Assembly: GCA_045132035.1 (NCBI GenBank)
Contig: JBGURM010000001.1
Coordinates: 1-52,491 of the forward strand
Origin: Bacilli bacterium
Lineage (GTDB): Bacteria; Bacillota_I; Bacilli_A; RFN20; CAG-826
Reading direction: 5' to 3'
DNA: 52,491 nt
In this document: positions 28,608-39,099 of the stretch, piece by piece
Position numbering within the stretch: position 1 is the stretch's first letter
Layout of the letters: each line of letters begins with the position of its first letter
Program-made: the position numbers and the translations under genes
Notes under the pieces: model-generated
What the model was told of the DNA's origin: nothing
The model's database searches: none
What the model saw: the letters and a program-made list of their open reading frames with translations, nothing else

Positions 28608-29243
28608 TTAATATCTTAAAAAGTGGTTAAATTCAATCTCAGTCTTTAAGACTGTGTTTGGTCCGTGACCTGGGTAGATTTTTGTCTCTATTGGAAGAGT
28701 CTTTATTTTTTCTAATGATTCTCTTCTTTTAGAAGGGATAGCACCTGGCAAATCATCTCTTCCAACACTCATTTTAAAAAGAGTGTCACCACTAAAAAGT
28801 AACTTATTATTTATAAAATAATAGCAAACTGATCCTCTAGTGTGAAATGGAGTGTGAATCACTTTGATATCATCTTCATCAAATATCTTTAATATTTCAT
28901 TATCACTTACTGTGATAGGAGTTGATTCAACAATAAATTCACCTTCAAAGTGAGAACAGTTTAAATATGAATCTTTTAAATAATCTTCTTCATCAAAATG
29001 AATATATAAAGGAGCTTTAAACTCTTTAACTAATCGATCTACTCCTCTAATATGGTCAAAATGACCATGAGTAAGTAAAATAGCTTTTAAAGTTAAATTA
29101 TGGCGATTAATAAAACCACTAATGGAGTCATTATCTACTGATGGGTCAATAACAATCGCGTTATTTTTATCATCATAGGCAACATACGTATTAGCGTTTA
29201 AGTCGTCAAAATCGTTATATAAGAATTTCTCTACCTTAATCAT
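28608..29243 (-). CDS. Metallo-beta-lactamase-fold hydrolase (glyoxalase II-like)
   Basis: THGHFDH, TPFHT.GS, FSGDTLF, YPGHG. Confidence 0.9.
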   Translation of the reverse strand: MIKVEKFLYNDFDDLNANTYVAYDDKNNAIVIDPSVDNDSISGFINRHNLTLKAILLTHGHFDHIRGVDRLVKEFKAPLYIHFDEEDYLKDSYLNCSHFEGEFIVESTPITVSDNEILKIFDEDDIKVIHTPFHTRGSVCYYFINNKLLFSGDTLFKMSVGRDDLPGAIPSKRRESLEKIKTLPIETKIYPGHGPNTVLKTEIEFNHFLRY

Positions 29244-29273
29244 AATTTGGATAAGAAAAAAAATAGGTATAAC

Positions 29274-29438
29274 CTATTTCTTTTTCTCACGATGTAATGT
29301 TCTTTTTTGGCAACGTGGGCAATATTTCATTTTCTCTAAACGATCTGGATTGTGCTTTTTATTTTTAGAGGTGAGATAATTTTCCTCGCCGCATTCTGTA
29401 CACTTCAATGTGAGTGAGATTCTTTCTTCTTTGGCCAT
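29274..29438 (-). CDS. rpmG: 50S ribosomal protein L33, zinc-ribbon type (54 aa, not in the ORF track)
   Basis: Hand translation [54 protein letters not shown]; SD aaggag. Confidence 0.95.
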   Translation of the reverse strand: MAKEERISLTLKCTECGEENYLTSKNKKHNPDRLEKMKYCPRCQKRTLHREKKK

Positions 29439-29533
29439 AGATAGTTTCTCCTTAAATTGCTATGTAATACTAACACAACAAAACGAATAATAAAAGTATA
29501 TTTATTAAAATAATGGAGTAAAATGATTATGAT

Positions 29534-30583
29534 ATGAAAAGAAACGAAACAAGACAAATAAAAGTTGGAAACCTTTTGATTGGCGGACAAGACAAAGTAG
29601 TCATCCAATCAATGTGTAACATTAAAACAGAAAACTACATTGAAGTGAGCAATCAAATCAATGAATGCGAGAAGTTAGGTGCTCAATTAATGCGCGTCTC
29701 CGTAATGGATGAAAAAGACGCTCTCGCGATTAAAGAAATCAAGAAAAGAATATCAATTCCTTTAGTAGCGGATATTCATTTTGATTATCGTCTAGCTTTG
29801 CTAGCAATGGAAAATGGTGTCGATAAGATTAGAATCAACCCAGGAAACATTGGAGACATTGAAAACGTTAAGAAAGTCGTCTCAATGGCTAAAGAAAAAC
29901 ATATTCCAATCCGTATCGGAGTTAATTCTGGCTCTTTAGATAAAACAGTTCACGATTATTCAACAAGTTACACAGCTGAAAAATTAGTCGCATCCGCTAA
30001 AAAGCACGTTGATATATTAGAATCATTAGGTTTTTACGATATCGTTATTTCTTTAAAAGGAAGTAATGTTTTAGAAACAATTGCCGCATATCGATTGGCA
30101 AGTGAGACTTTCCCATATCCACTTCATTTAGGAATTACTGAGGCTGGATTTAAAGATATCGCTGTTATCCGCTCTTCAGCTGGTTTAGCACCTCTTCTAT
30201 TAGAAGGGATTGGTGACACGATTAGAATTTCCATCTCTGGAAGCGTAAAAGATGAAATCATCACTTGTAAGAGATTGCTTCATGATTGTGGATTATATCC
30301 AAATTATCCAACTTTAGTTGCTTGTCCAACTTGCGGAAGAACTCAAGTTGATGTTGAATCCCTTGCAAGAAAAGTTATGGATTATTTAGAAACCATCAAT
30401 AAGCCAATTCATGTTGCAGTTATGGGTTGTGTCGTTAACGGACCAGGAGAAGCCAAAAACGCCGATATTGGCATTGCCGGTGGCCATCATGAATTTGTTA
30501 TCTTTAAAAAAGATAAAGTAATTAAAAAGGTTCCAGAAGCTGAAGCCTTTGAAACCTTAAAAGAAGAAATTAATAAGTTCTAA
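29534..30583 (+). CDS. ispG: 4-hydroxy-3-methylbut-2-en-1-yl diphosphate synthase
   Basis: PLVADIHFDY, RINPGNIG, HLGITEAG, CPTCGR, MGCVVNGPGEA. Confidence 0.96.
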   Translation: MKRNETRQIKVGNLLIGGQDKVVIQSMCNIKTENYIEVSNQINECEKLGAQLMRVSVMDEKDALAIKEIKKRISIPLVADIHFDYRLALLAMENGVDKIRINPGNIGDIENVKKVVSMAKEKHIPIRIGVNSGSLDKTVHDYSTSYTAEKLVASAKKHVDILESLGFYDIVISLKGSNVLETIAAYRLASETFPYPLHLGITEAGFKDIAVIRSSAGLAPLLLEGIGDTIRISISGSVKDEIITCKRLLHDCGLYPNYPTLVACPTCGRTQVDVESLARKVMDYLETINKPIHVAVMGCVVNGPGEAKNADIGIAGGHHEFVIFKKDKVIKKVPEAEAFETLKEEINKF

Positions 30584-31464
30584 TCTCTCCAATTAGAAAC
30601 ATATTTACCGCTCCTTAGCATTTCAATTTCTTGCTTATAAGGAGCTTTTTCATTGTAATAAGGAGTCTCTAATATCATTGGGATACCAATGAGTTTTGGA
30701 TGATGAACGACATTATATAAAACGTCAAATCCTAAATAACCATAGCCAATATTCTCGTGACGGTCTTTATGCGCACCGATTGGGTTTTTAGAATCATTAA
30801 CATGAACAACAAGGAGTCGATCTAAACCAATGACTCTATCAAATTCATCAAGAACTTGGTCAAAATTATTCTTAACATCATATCCAGCATCTGAAATGTG
30901 ACATGTATCTAAGCAAACGCCTAGACGGTCTTTATGCTTACAGCTATCGATAATTGATCTAATTTGTTCAAAGGTAATTCCAATTTCGTGACCTTTACCC
31001 GCCATAGTCTCTAAGGCGATTTTAACATCAGTGCCATCGACATCAAACACTAGGTCAAGAGCTTTAGCTAATGCTAAAATACCATTTTCAGCACCTAAAC
31101 CAACGTGGCTTCCTGGATGGAGAACCATAATATGAGCGCCAAAACCTGCCGTTCTTCTTACTTCGCTGACGATTGTGTTGATCGACATCTCGTATAAATC
31201 TTCTTTAGAGAAATTAGCAGCGTTAATGATATATGGAGCGTGAACAATTAATTTATTTTCATCGATTCCGGCTTCTTGAATGAGTTTTCTACCTTCCTGA
31301 ATTTTTAATTCAGACAAAGGCTTTCTAAATGAATTTTGTGGGGCACCTGTATAAAACATAAAGGTGTTTGCATTATATGAAAGTGCTTCTTTAACACTTC
31401 CTAAATAAAAATCAGGGGCGTTCATTCCAACATGACTTCCAATAAATATATCTTCTTTTTTCAT
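30580..31464 (-). CDS. nfo: Endonuclease IV
   Basis: IGSHV, HAPYIIN, LHPGS, ETMAGKG, CLDTCH, HVNDSK, DRHENIG, ILETP. Confidence 0.96.
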   Translation of the reverse strand: MKKEDIFIGSHVGMNAPDFYLGSVKEALSYNANTFMFYTGAPQNSFRKPLSELKIQEGRKLIQEAGIDENKLIVHAPYIINAANFSKEDLYEMSINTIVSEVRRTAGFGAHIMVLHPGSHVGLGAENGILALAKALDLVFDVDGTDVKIALETMAGKGHEIGITFEQIRSIIDSCKHKDRLGVCLDTCHISDAGYDVKNNFDQVLDEFDRVIGLDRLLVVHVNDSKNPIGAHKDRHENIGYGYLGFDVLYNVVHHPKLIGIPMILETPYYNEKAPYKQEIEMLRSGKYVSNWRD

Positions 31465-31498
31465 ATTTAAATACCTTCAAATATGTTAACATATTTTT

Positions 31499-32359
31499 AT
31501 GAATGTTGCATTAATCAAACCACAAGGATTTTGTTCAGGAGTCACTTTAGCGGTTAAGACTGCCTTGAAAGCTAAAGAAGAGAATCCTAATAAAAAGATC
31601 TATATCCTTGGAATGCTCGCACATAATCAAATACTCATTGATGATTTATCTAAAGATGGTTTTATAACTTTATTCGGTGATGAATTTGAAGAGATCAAAA
31701 AACTCTACAAAGGAGATGTTTTAGTTTTTACAGCGCATGGTCATGATGAAAAATTAGATGAAATCGCTAAAGAAATCGGTCTAATTACATATGATGCAAC
31801 CTGTTTTAAAGTCAAAGATAACTTAAGAAAAATTAAAGAAGAAATTAACGCTGGTCACCAAGTAATTTATATCGGTCAATCAGGACATAAAGAAGCAAAT
31901 GCCGCTTTAGCGGTTTCTAAAAATGTATCATTATATGATACAAAACTACTAATTAACTACTATTTAATTACTGATGAATCTCCGCTTGTCATTAATCAAA
32001 CGACCTTAAATTTCTATGAGCTAAATAAGTATCATGAAGATATAAAAAGTCACTTCCCAAAGGCTCGAATTGAAAACGAAATCTGTAACGCAACTAGATT
32101 AAGACAAGAAGCGATTTTAAAGATTGATAAAGACACTGATTTGATTGTTATTGTTGGACACGAGAAATCTAGTAATACCAACAAACTATATGATATTGCT
32201 TTAGCAAATTACCCTAACGCTCAAGTTGTTATGGTTAATAGTCTAAGCGAATTAAAAGAAATTAACATTGAAGGCAAAAGAAAAGCCGCTGTTGGATCAG
32301 GGGCTTCTACTCCACAATATATTGTGGATGAAATCTATAATTACTTAATTAGCAAATAA
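31499..32359 (+). CDS. ispH: 4-hydroxy-3-methylbut-2-enyl diphosphate reductase
   Basis: GFCSGV, TAHG, DATC, QTT, ICNAT..RQ, SSNT, GASTP. Confidence 0.95.
   Translation: MNVALIKPQGFCSGVTLAVKTALKAKEENPNKKIYILGMLAHNQILIDDLSKDGFITLFGDEFEEIKKLYKGDVLVFTAHGHDEKLDEIAKEIGLITYDATCFKVKDNLRKIKEEINAGHQVIYIGQSGHKEANAALAVSKNVSLYDTKLLINYYLITDESPLVINQTTLNFYELNKYHEDIKSHFPKARIENEICNATRLRQEAILKIDKDTDLIVIVGHEKSSNTNKLYDIALANYPNAQVVMVNSLSELKEINIEGKRKAAVGSGASTPQYIVDEIYNYLISK
31947..31974 (+). repeat. Phased direct repeat (TACTAA-N5)x2-3 (copy F, inside ispH)
   Basis: TACTAA 31947, TACTAT 31958, TACTGA 31969; the 16-mer TACTAATTAACTACTA is shared with the reverse complement of copy E. Confidence 0.7.
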
Positions 32360-33119
32360 CCTTTGGTTCTTTTTCGTGATCAATACAAATAATTTCAATT
32401 GACTCATCTAGTTCGTGGATGAGTTTTTTCATTGTTGGAACGAAAATCTTTTCGATCTCATGAGGCATATCTAAATAGTTATATTTAGCGTTAACGATTT
32501 CTCTTCTGACATGATGAGGAACGTCACCTGAAATAAAAATATCATAGCCAGCTTCTTTAGCGACTGGCCAATATCCGCTTCCAGCTCCTCCAATGATAGC
32601 AACTCGCTCAACGGTCTTACTACCTTTATTAATTAATAAAGAATAGTTAACATTTAGGCATTTAATCGCGTATTTAGCGAATTCTTCAATATCCATTGGA
32701 GTTTCTAATCTGCCTCCACGCATCATAATGTTATTTTCTATAACTTTGACATCTTTTAGATGTAAAGCTTCCGCTAAAGCATCATTCATCCCACCTAAAG
32801 CTGTATCAAAATTTGTGTGCATGCTATAAACAGGAACATTAATTCTATCTAAAGCGTCACATAATTCTTTTTTTGAAGGATCTCTTTTAAAGACTTTAGA
32901 CCTTAGTCCATAGACTAAAGGATGATGAGTTAAAACTAAATCTGGTTTCTCTTTTTCAATTTGAGGAAAGATTTCCCAATCGCAGTCTAAGCAAAGAACA
33001 ATTTTATGAACTTCATTTGGGAGTTTACCTGTCATTAAACCAACGAAGTCATGATTCATCTTCGCATATTTCTTTGGAAATCTCTTGCCAAGTTTATTTA
33101 ATAAACTTTTTGTGTTCAT
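32349..33119 (-). CDS. Nif3-like dinuclear metal centre protein
   Basis: D.VGL..G, THHPL, HTNFD...GGMN, GGAG, SGD..HH, D.PH..E. Confidence 0.9.
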   Translation of the reverse strand: MNTKSLLNKLGKRFPKKYAKMNHDFVGLMTGKLPNEVHKIVLCLDCDWEIFPQIEKEKPDLVLTHHPLVYGLRSKVFKRDPSKKELCDALDRINVPVYSMHTNFDTALGGMNDALAEALHLKDVKVIENNIMMRGGRLETPMDIEEFAKYAIKCLNVNYSLLINKGSKTVERVAIIGGAGSGYWPVAKEAGYDIFISGDVPHHVRREIVNAKYNYLDMPHEIEKIFVPTMKKLIHELDESIEIICIDHEKEPKVIC

Positions 33120-33775
33120 AAGATAGTTCTAATCCTCTCTTTTTCCATACTGAGTTTTTTAATTTTCTCAGTCGGAATGTTTTCTTTTTTAAGAAGTTTA
33201 TCAATCTCTTCAATTCTTGAATTATATTTTGCTTTGAATGTCACTGATTTTTCATTTCTTAAAATTGGGCCAAATTCAATATCTGGGTCATCGAGATAAA
33301 TCGCTTCACCTCTAATGAATTTTATTATTTCATAATAAATTCCTGCTTCAAACACCATATCTTCATCAGCGATGATAAATCCCATTTTAGAAACTTGTCT
33401 ACGTAATTCAGGGACGGCGTTATGAGCGTCAACAATAATTGTTGAAACATTTTTAAGCTTTCCTGGGTGTTTTTTTAAAATATCAATCACATTAAAACCG
33501 CCCATCCCAGCAATAACAACCGTGTCTACATCAGTAGGAAGTTCACTAATTCCATCAGATAACATTGGAATAACGTTATCTTGGACACCATGAGTGTTAA
33601 TTGCCTTAACTAAGCGGTTATAAGGTCCTTTTTTGTTTTCTATCGCATATCCTTTAGAAATTACTCCATTTTCAAAGAGGGAAATAATTAATTTCCCGTG
33701 GTCACTTCCAACATCTGCGGTGACTCCAGAAGGAACCATATCATAAATGGATTGTAATCTCTTGGATAATTTCAT
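33116..33775 (-). CDS. trmK: tRNA (adenine22-N1)-methyltransferase
   Basis: LSKRL, ADVGSDHG, IAGMGG, YYEII, FGPIL; follows sigA. Confidence 0.9.
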   Translation of the reverse strand: MKLSKRLQSIYDMVPSGVTADVGSDHGKLIISLFENGVISKGYAIENKKGPYNRLVKAINTHGVQDNVIPMLSDGISELPTDVDTVVIAGMGGFNVIDILKKHPGKLKNVSTIIVDAHNAVPELRRQVSKMGFIIADEDMVFEAGIYYEIIKFIRGEAIYLDDPDIEFGPILRNEKSVTFKAKYNSRIEEIDKLLKKENIPTEKIKKLSMEKERIRTIL

Positions 33776-35040
33776 TATGAGTTACGATAGTCTCCTAATT
33801 TCTTTCTTCTTGTTGGGTGTTTAAGCTTCTTAATCGCTTTCGCTTCGATTTGACGAATACGTTCACGAGTAACACCAAATTCTTTACCAACTTCTTCTAA
33901 GGTTCTTGGACGATTGTCGTCTAAACCATAACGAAGTCTTAAGACTCTTTCTTCTCTATCGGTTAAATCCTTAAGAATGGAGTCTAATTCTTCTTTAAGA
34001 AGAATCTTTGTTGTGTAATCAACAGGTGATTCATTGTCTTTATCTTCAATAAAGTCGATTAAGTGTGAATCATCTTCTTCGCCGATTGGAGTTTCAAAAG
34101 AAACTGGTTCAAGAGCGATTCTTTGAATTTCTCTAATTCTTTTTGGAGTGAGTTCTCCACCCATTGCTTCAGAAATTTCTTCAGCGGTTGGGTCTCTATC
34201 TAAATCTTGAACGAGTTGACGTTGAACACGTGTCATCTTGTTGATAGTTTCAACCATATGAACTGGAATACGAATAGTTCTAGCTTGGTCCGCAATTGCT
34301 CTAGTGATCGCTTGACGGATCCACCATGTCGCATAAGTTGAAAACTTAAATCCTTTTGTGTAGTCGAATTTATCAACAGCCTTCATTAAGCCAAGGTTAC
34401 CTTCTTGAATTAAATCTAAGAAGAGCATGCCTCTACCAACATAGTGCTTAGCAATATTAACAACCAAACGTAAGTTTGCGTTAATTAATCTTTGCTTAGC
34501 TTCTTCATCGCCTTCTAAAATTTTAGCAGCGAGAATTGGTTCTTCTTCTGGCTTAAGTAATTCGTATTTACCGATTTCTTTAAGATAAATCTTAACGGAG
34601 TCGTTAACTTTAACGTCTCCACCGATGGTTGCGTCTAAATGATCAATATCAAAGTCGATATCTTCTTCTTCAATATCGCTATCAGTGGCATAGAAGTCAT
34701 CATCATCGGCTTCTAAATCAACCATCTTGCTTTCATCAAAGTCTTCATCATCGATTTCTTCATCTTCTTCGGAGCCATCTTCTGAAATAACTTCAATGTT
34801 TTGCTTTGCAAAGTATTCAATTAAATCATCAATGACGTCATCTTCTAATTCATAATTGTTAAGAGCGTCATAAATATCGCTTTGGTCTAAAGAATCACCA
34901 TTAGCTTTAGCTTTTTTAAGAAGTTTAGCTTCAATTTCTGCTAAAGTGGCAAGAGTTTCGTTATCTCTCTTTTTGGTTTTCTTTGTTTTCTTTTCTGCAG
35001 TTTTGGCTGGTGCATCAGCGTTTTTTCTTGGTCTTCCCAT
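33775..35040 (-). CDS. rpoD: Primary sigma factor SigA/RpoD
   Basis: [53 protein letters not shown]; start set at ATG 35040 after SD agggag. Confidence 0.97.
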   Translation of the reverse strand: MGRPRKNADAPAKTAEKKTKKTKKRDNETLATLAEIEAKLLKKAKANGDSLDQSDIYDALNNYELEDDVIDDLIEYFAKQNIEVISEDGSEEDEEIDDEDFDESKMVDLEADDDDFYATDSDIEEEDIDFDIDHLDATIGGDVKVNDSVKIYLKEIGKYELLKPEEEPILAAKILEGDEEAKQRLINANLRLVVNIAKHYVGRGMLFLDLIQEGNLGLMKAVDKFDYTKGFKFSTYATWWIRQAITRAIADQARTIRIPVHMVETINKMTRVQRQLVQDLDRDPTAEEISEAMGGELTPKRIREIQRIALEPVSFETPIGEEDDSHLIDFIEDKDNESPVDYTTKILLKEELDSILKDLTDREERVLRLRYGLDDNRPRTLEEVGKEFGVTRERIRQIEAKAIKKLKHPTRRKKLGDYRNS

Positions 35041-35079
35041 TGTTTCGTTCTCCCTACCCAACAATTTTCAACTCTAAGT

Positions 35080-36870
35080 CTATTTGTTTTTCATCTTGCG
35101 TTTTCTGAACTCTGCAATGATTCTTGCTTGTTCAAGTTCAGATTTTCCTTTTAAGGAATCTGCTAAGATATCTTCTTCAGTGATTCGACTTTTCTCGTCG
35201 TTTATCGTGGTTAACAAGTTATCTAGTAACTCGATATCGCACTTTTGTGGATGCGTCTCCACCATCAACGATGTCAAATCATCAATGATTTCATCTTTGT
35301 TTTCTAAGTCACTGCTTTCCACAAGAACAATGACTCCATTAACGTCCATTTCTTCATGCGATTCCGCATATTCGACCATGAACATTGCGATTTGGCGGTA
35401 GATGTCATCATAGAATCCACCGATTTTATCCTCGTAAAAGCTCACAGCAAGCTTGTTTTGACTCATTTGGTATAAAAGCTCACGCTCAGCAGTTACGAGC
35501 TTCTGGAGGGCTTCTCTTTCAGGATGGAATGATTTAAACACTTCCCGATTGATTCCTTGTCCAGAATTGACACTAATACGAGTTTTCTTAAGTAAATCTC
35601 TAATTGATTCGGCATCAAACCCAGTAATCTTCTCTAACTTACGTAGGTAATTGTCTAGTTCAATTTGGCTATTAATTTTTAATAGAACTGGTAAGAACTC
35701 TTTAATTAGTGTTTTCTTTTCTTCGTTTGTTTTAAGTGGATTGCTTCTTAAATAATAGTTAAGAGCAAATTCATTATGATCCACTAGCTTATTTAAATAA
35801 GCTTCTAAGGCTTCTTTTCCGTCTTGATTCAATATTTCATCTGGATCACGGTCACTACCTTGATTATCAACAACCCGGAACTTAAGTCCATTTTTAGCAA
35901 GGACTTTAGCAGCTTTCATCATTGCTGTCTGTCCAGGAAGGTCGCCATCTAGGCAAAGCCTAATTTCAACATTAAGACTTCTTAAGACTTGGATGTGCTC
36001 TGCCGTTAAGGCTGTTCCCATAATCGCAACAGCAGCGTCAATTCCAATTTTTCCTAAGGCATAAACATCCATGAATCCTTCGCATACATAAATGTATCCC
36101 TTAAGTTTAGCGGCGTCTTTTGCAATATGAATGTTATAAAGGTTATTAGTCTTGTGAAACACGTATGTTTCAGGTGTATTCATATATTTAGCACTATCAT
36201 CATTTTTAAGTCTTCTAGCGCTAAAACCAATAACGTTACCATCAATATCGCATATTGGGAAGACAACTCTTCCTTCGTTCATATCGCGGTAATTACCAGC
36301 AGAGATTGTTCTAAGAACGCCTGTATCTTCAATTGTAACGATTGAATGTTTCTTCTTTAATAAGAAGTCAATTGTCGCTTTTCCATCTTTAGGAGCGTAA
36401 CCTAGCTTGTACTTATTTCTTAAAGAAATATCAAGGTTACGAGACTCAAAATAGTCGAGTCCTTCTTTTCCTTCAGGTGTATTGAGTGCGAATTGATAAT
36501 AGAGGTTTAAATCGAATAAGCACTTGAGTAAAGTTTCTCTTTTCTCATCCACATGAGCAGGCCTAGACATGCTTTCTAGTCCTTTAGGATGATAATCGCA
36601 AATATCAGCGACCTTCTTAACAGCCTCTCCAAAGGAGACGTGTTCATATTTTTGTACAAAAGTGAAGACGTTTCCACCAGTGCCACAGACAAAGCATTTA
36701 AAGAGTTGCTTTTCAGGAGACACAACTAAAGATGGATTTGTATCATCGTGGAAAGGACAAACTGCCTTATAGTTCTTGCCTTGCTTGATTAAAGTCAAAT
36801 AAGAACCGACCACTTTAACAATATCCGAATGCTTTAATACATCATCTGCAATTGAACTGTTAAATGCCAT
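35080..36870 (-). CDS. dnaG: DNA primase
   Basis: CPFHDD.NPS...CFVC zinc finger, KYMNTPET, CEGFMDV, LDGDLPG, DPDE. Confidence 0.96.
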   Translation of the reverse strand: MAFNSSIADDVLKHSDIVKVVGSYLTLIKQGKNYKAVCPFHDDTNPSLVVSPEKQLFKCFVCGTGGNVFTFVQKYEHVSFGEAVKKVADICDYHPKGLESMSRPAHVDEKRETLLKCLFDLNLYYQFALNTPEGKEGLDYFESRNLDISLRNKYKLGYAPKDGKATIDFLLKKKHSIVTIEDTGVLRTISAGNYRDMNEGRVVFPICDIDGNVIGFSARRLKNDDSAKYMNTPETYVFHKTNNLYNIHIAKDAAKLKGYIYVCEGFMDVYALGKIGIDAAVAIMGTALTAEHIQVLRSLNVEIRLCLDGDLPGQTAMMKAAKVLAKNGLKFRVVDNQGSDRDPDEILNQDGKEALEAYLNKLVDHNEFALNYYLRSNPLKTNEEKKTLIKEFLPVLLKINSQIELDNYLRKLEKITGFDAESIRDLLKKTRISVNSGQGINREVFKSFHPEREALQKLVTAERELLYQMSQNKLAVSFYEDKIGGFYDDIYRQIAMFMVEYAESHEEMDVNGVIVLVESSDLENKDEIIDDLTSLMVETHPQKCDIELLDNLLTTINDEKSRITEEDILADSLKGKSELEQARIIAEFRKRKMKNK

Positions 36871-36888
36871 ATAATAATATTATAAACC

Positions 36889-36916
36889 TACTAATTTATT
36901 ACTAATTTTCTACTAA
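36889..36916 (+). repeat. Phased direct repeat (TACTAA-N5)x3 (copy G)
   Basis: TACTAA at 36889, 36900 and 36911; the third unit contains the glyS stop codon. Confidence 0.8.
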
Positions 36917-38286
36917 TAGAATAATTTGTCTGATAAGTATTTTTCTAACTCATCAATTGAGATACGGACTTGTTCCATTGAGTCTCTATCTCTGATAGTA
37001 ACTTGATTATCTTCAAGTGTTTGGAAGTCGACTGTGACACAGAAAGGTGTTCCGACTGCGTCTTGACGACGATATCTCTTACCGATACTTCCAGTATCAT
37101 CATATAAAACTGGGAAGTGTCTATTGAGCATCGCTTCTAATTCACGAGCTTTTTCTTCAAGTTTTTTGCTTAATGGAAGAATTGCTGCTTTAATTGGAGC
37201 AACAAATGGAGAGAGATGCATAACGATACGAGTATCGTTTTCACCCACTGCTTCTTCATCATAAGCATTACATAAACACATAAGAACCAAACGGTCTAGA
37301 CCAACAGATGGTTCAATACAATAAGGAATATATCTTTCGTTTGTTTCTGGGTCTAAATAATCAAGTGATTCACCACTATAGGATGAATGACGTTTTAAAT
37401 CGTAATCGGTACGATCAGCGATACCCCAAACTTCACCCCATCCAAATGGGAATTTGAATTCGATATCGGTTGTTGCTTTGGAATAAAAAGCAAGTTCTTC
37501 TGGGTCGTGATCACGATAACGAAGATTTTCTTCTTTAATTCCTAAGTCTTCAATGAATTTCAAACATTGTTTCTTCCAATGTTCAAACCACTCTAAGTCG
37601 GTTCCTGGCTTACAGAAGAATTCCATCTCCATTTGATCGAATTCACGAGTTCTGAAAGTCATTTGACCTGGAGTAATCTCGTTTCTGAAAGCTTTACCGG
37701 TATTACAAATACCGATTGGAAGTTTTCTTCTTGTAGTACGAATAACGTTTTTAAAGTTAACGAACACTCCTTGAGCGGTCTCAGGTCTAAGATAGACGGT
37801 TGATTTGCTGTCTTCTGTAACACCAATATGTGTTTTGAACATCATATTGAATTGACGAATATCAGTAAAATTCTCTGAGCCACAGTTAGGACAAGCGATG
37901 TGATTAGAGCGAATATAATCCATCATTTGTTCATTAGTCATTGAAGTGACAGGAGCTTCAGGGGCTGCTTGTTCAATTAATTGATCAGCTCTAAAACGTT
38001 GTTTACAGTGTTTGCAGTCAATTAATGGATCATTGAATGTTTGAACATGTCCTGTTGCTTCCCACACTTTTGGGTTCATTAAGATTGCGGCGTCAATTCC
38101 TACATTAGTAGGACTTTCTTGAACGAATTTCTTCCACCACATCTTTCTGATATTGTTTTTAATTTCGCTACCTAATGGGCCATAGTCCCATGTATTAGAT
38201 AAACCGCCATAGATTTCACTGCCTTGGAAATAATATCCAGACGAAATAAAATGGCTACATAATTTATCGAAACTAAATTCACTCAT
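36913..38286 (-). CDS. glyS: Glycine--tRNA ligase (alpha2, single-subunit type)
   Basis: [47 protein letters not shown]; start set at ATG 38286 after SD ggagg. Confidence 0.95.
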   Translation of the reverse strand: MSEFSFDKLCSHFISSGYYFQGSEIYGGLSNTWDYGPLGSEIKNNIRKMWWKKFVQESPTNVGIDAAILMNPKVWEATGHVQTFNDPLIDCKHCKQRFRADQLIEQAAPEAPVTSMTNEQMMDYIRSNHIACPNCGSENFTDIRQFNMMFKTHIGVTEDSKSTVYLRPETAQGVFVNFKNVIRTTRRKLPIGICNTGKAFRNEITPGQMTFRTREFDQMEMEFFCKPGTDLEWFEHWKKQCLKFIEDLGIKEENLRYRDHDPEELAFYSKATTDIEFKFPFGWGEVWGIADRTDYDLKRHSSYSGESLDYLDPETNERYIPYCIEPSVGLDRLVLMCLCNAYDEEAVGENDTRIVMHLSPFVAPIKAAILPLSKKLEEKARELEAMLNRHFPVLYDDTGSIGKRYRRQDAVGTPFCVTVDFQTLEDNQVTIRDRDSMEQVRISIDELEKYLSDKLFY

Positions 38287-38386
38287 TTTGAGTTCCTCCG
38301 TAAATTGCACGGATAAAAGATTACTGGTTTTTTGGTGTATTTGTCAACCCACTATGAGTGTATTTTTATATTTTTATTCAATTTAT

Positions 38387-39097
38387 TTAGAATAAGGCTT
38401 TGATGGTGAGTAAATTCACACCATCCATATCGGATACATATTGGACTAAGTTGTTTAAAACAACTTCCTTGTCTACATCTGAGAACATTTCGCTCTTAGG
38501 ACAATCGTAGTTAGGAGCCTTGAAAATATATCTGATGAGTTTTAATTGTTCAGGTTTTAAATCTACAGGTGTTGAATCAACCGCGCAGTTGCGGCAAACG
38601 AATCCACCATCAACAAAAGAGAAAGTGATAACATCTGAAGTTGTTCCACAAAATACGCATCGATCAACTTCTAAATCTCCACCAGCAAACTTAATCGCAT
38701 TGGCTAAGAAGATTGAAACAACCATTAGATGGTTCTTTCCTTTTTGAAGCGCCTCTATTGCTTGCTCTATATGAGGGAAGAGTTTATATCTTTCTTCTTC
38801 CGCTAAAACTTTTGTAGCAATCTCCGTAATTGCAGAAATTGAGCATAAATAGTCAAGTGGATCTCCTCCTTTAATAGGAGAGCGGATCAATTTTGCTTCT
38901 TTTAAGGTTGGATATTTATATCTTTTGTCAGAAAATTCAACATCAGCGATCGTTAAAGGATTGTTAAGCCAGACATATTCAGATTTATTGTCTTGCCCAC
39001 GAAACGCTTTAAAAGAAAGTGAGCCTATTTCCGAGATCGCGTTATATATAACGTCGTTTTCTTTAAACTTACTTAGTGATAACACTATTATTTTCAT
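38387..39097 (-). CDS. recO: DNA repair protein RecO
   Basis: N-terminal KEND motif, CVFCG...GGFVCRNC zinc motif; follows era. Confidence 0.85.
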   Translation of the reverse strand: MKIIVLSLSKFKENDVIYNAISEIGSLSFKAFRGQDNKSEYVWLNNPLTIADVEFSDKRYKYPTLKEAKLIRSPIKGGDPLDYLCSISAITEIATKVLAEEERYKLFPHIEQAIEALQKGKNHLMVVSIFLANAIKFAGGDLEVDRCVFCGTTSDVITFSFVDGGFVCRNCAVDSTPVDLKPEQLKLIRYIFKAPNYDCPKSEMFSDVDKEVVLNNLVQYVSDMDGVNLLTIKALF

Positions 39098-39099
39098 AG

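Noticed and set aside
29523-29537. Mini-ORF MIMI* overlapping the ispG start, preceded by GGAG
   Set aside because: Four codons in AT-rich DNA with only 4 nt of SD spacing; easily chance.
29405-29608. 67-aa minus-strand ORF from the track
   Set aside because: It overlaps both rpmG (different frame) and ispG; rpmG explains the locus.
30580-32359. Convergent 3' overlaps ispG/nfo (4 bp) and ispH/Nif3 (11 bp) as antisense regulation
   Set aside because: Short tail-to-tail overlaps are common in compact genomes.
38287-38386. T-box leader for glyS (and for hisS-aspS)
   Set aside because: The gap is 100 bp with a TTGACA promoter close to the SD and no T-box motif; hisS follows rel by 11 bp.
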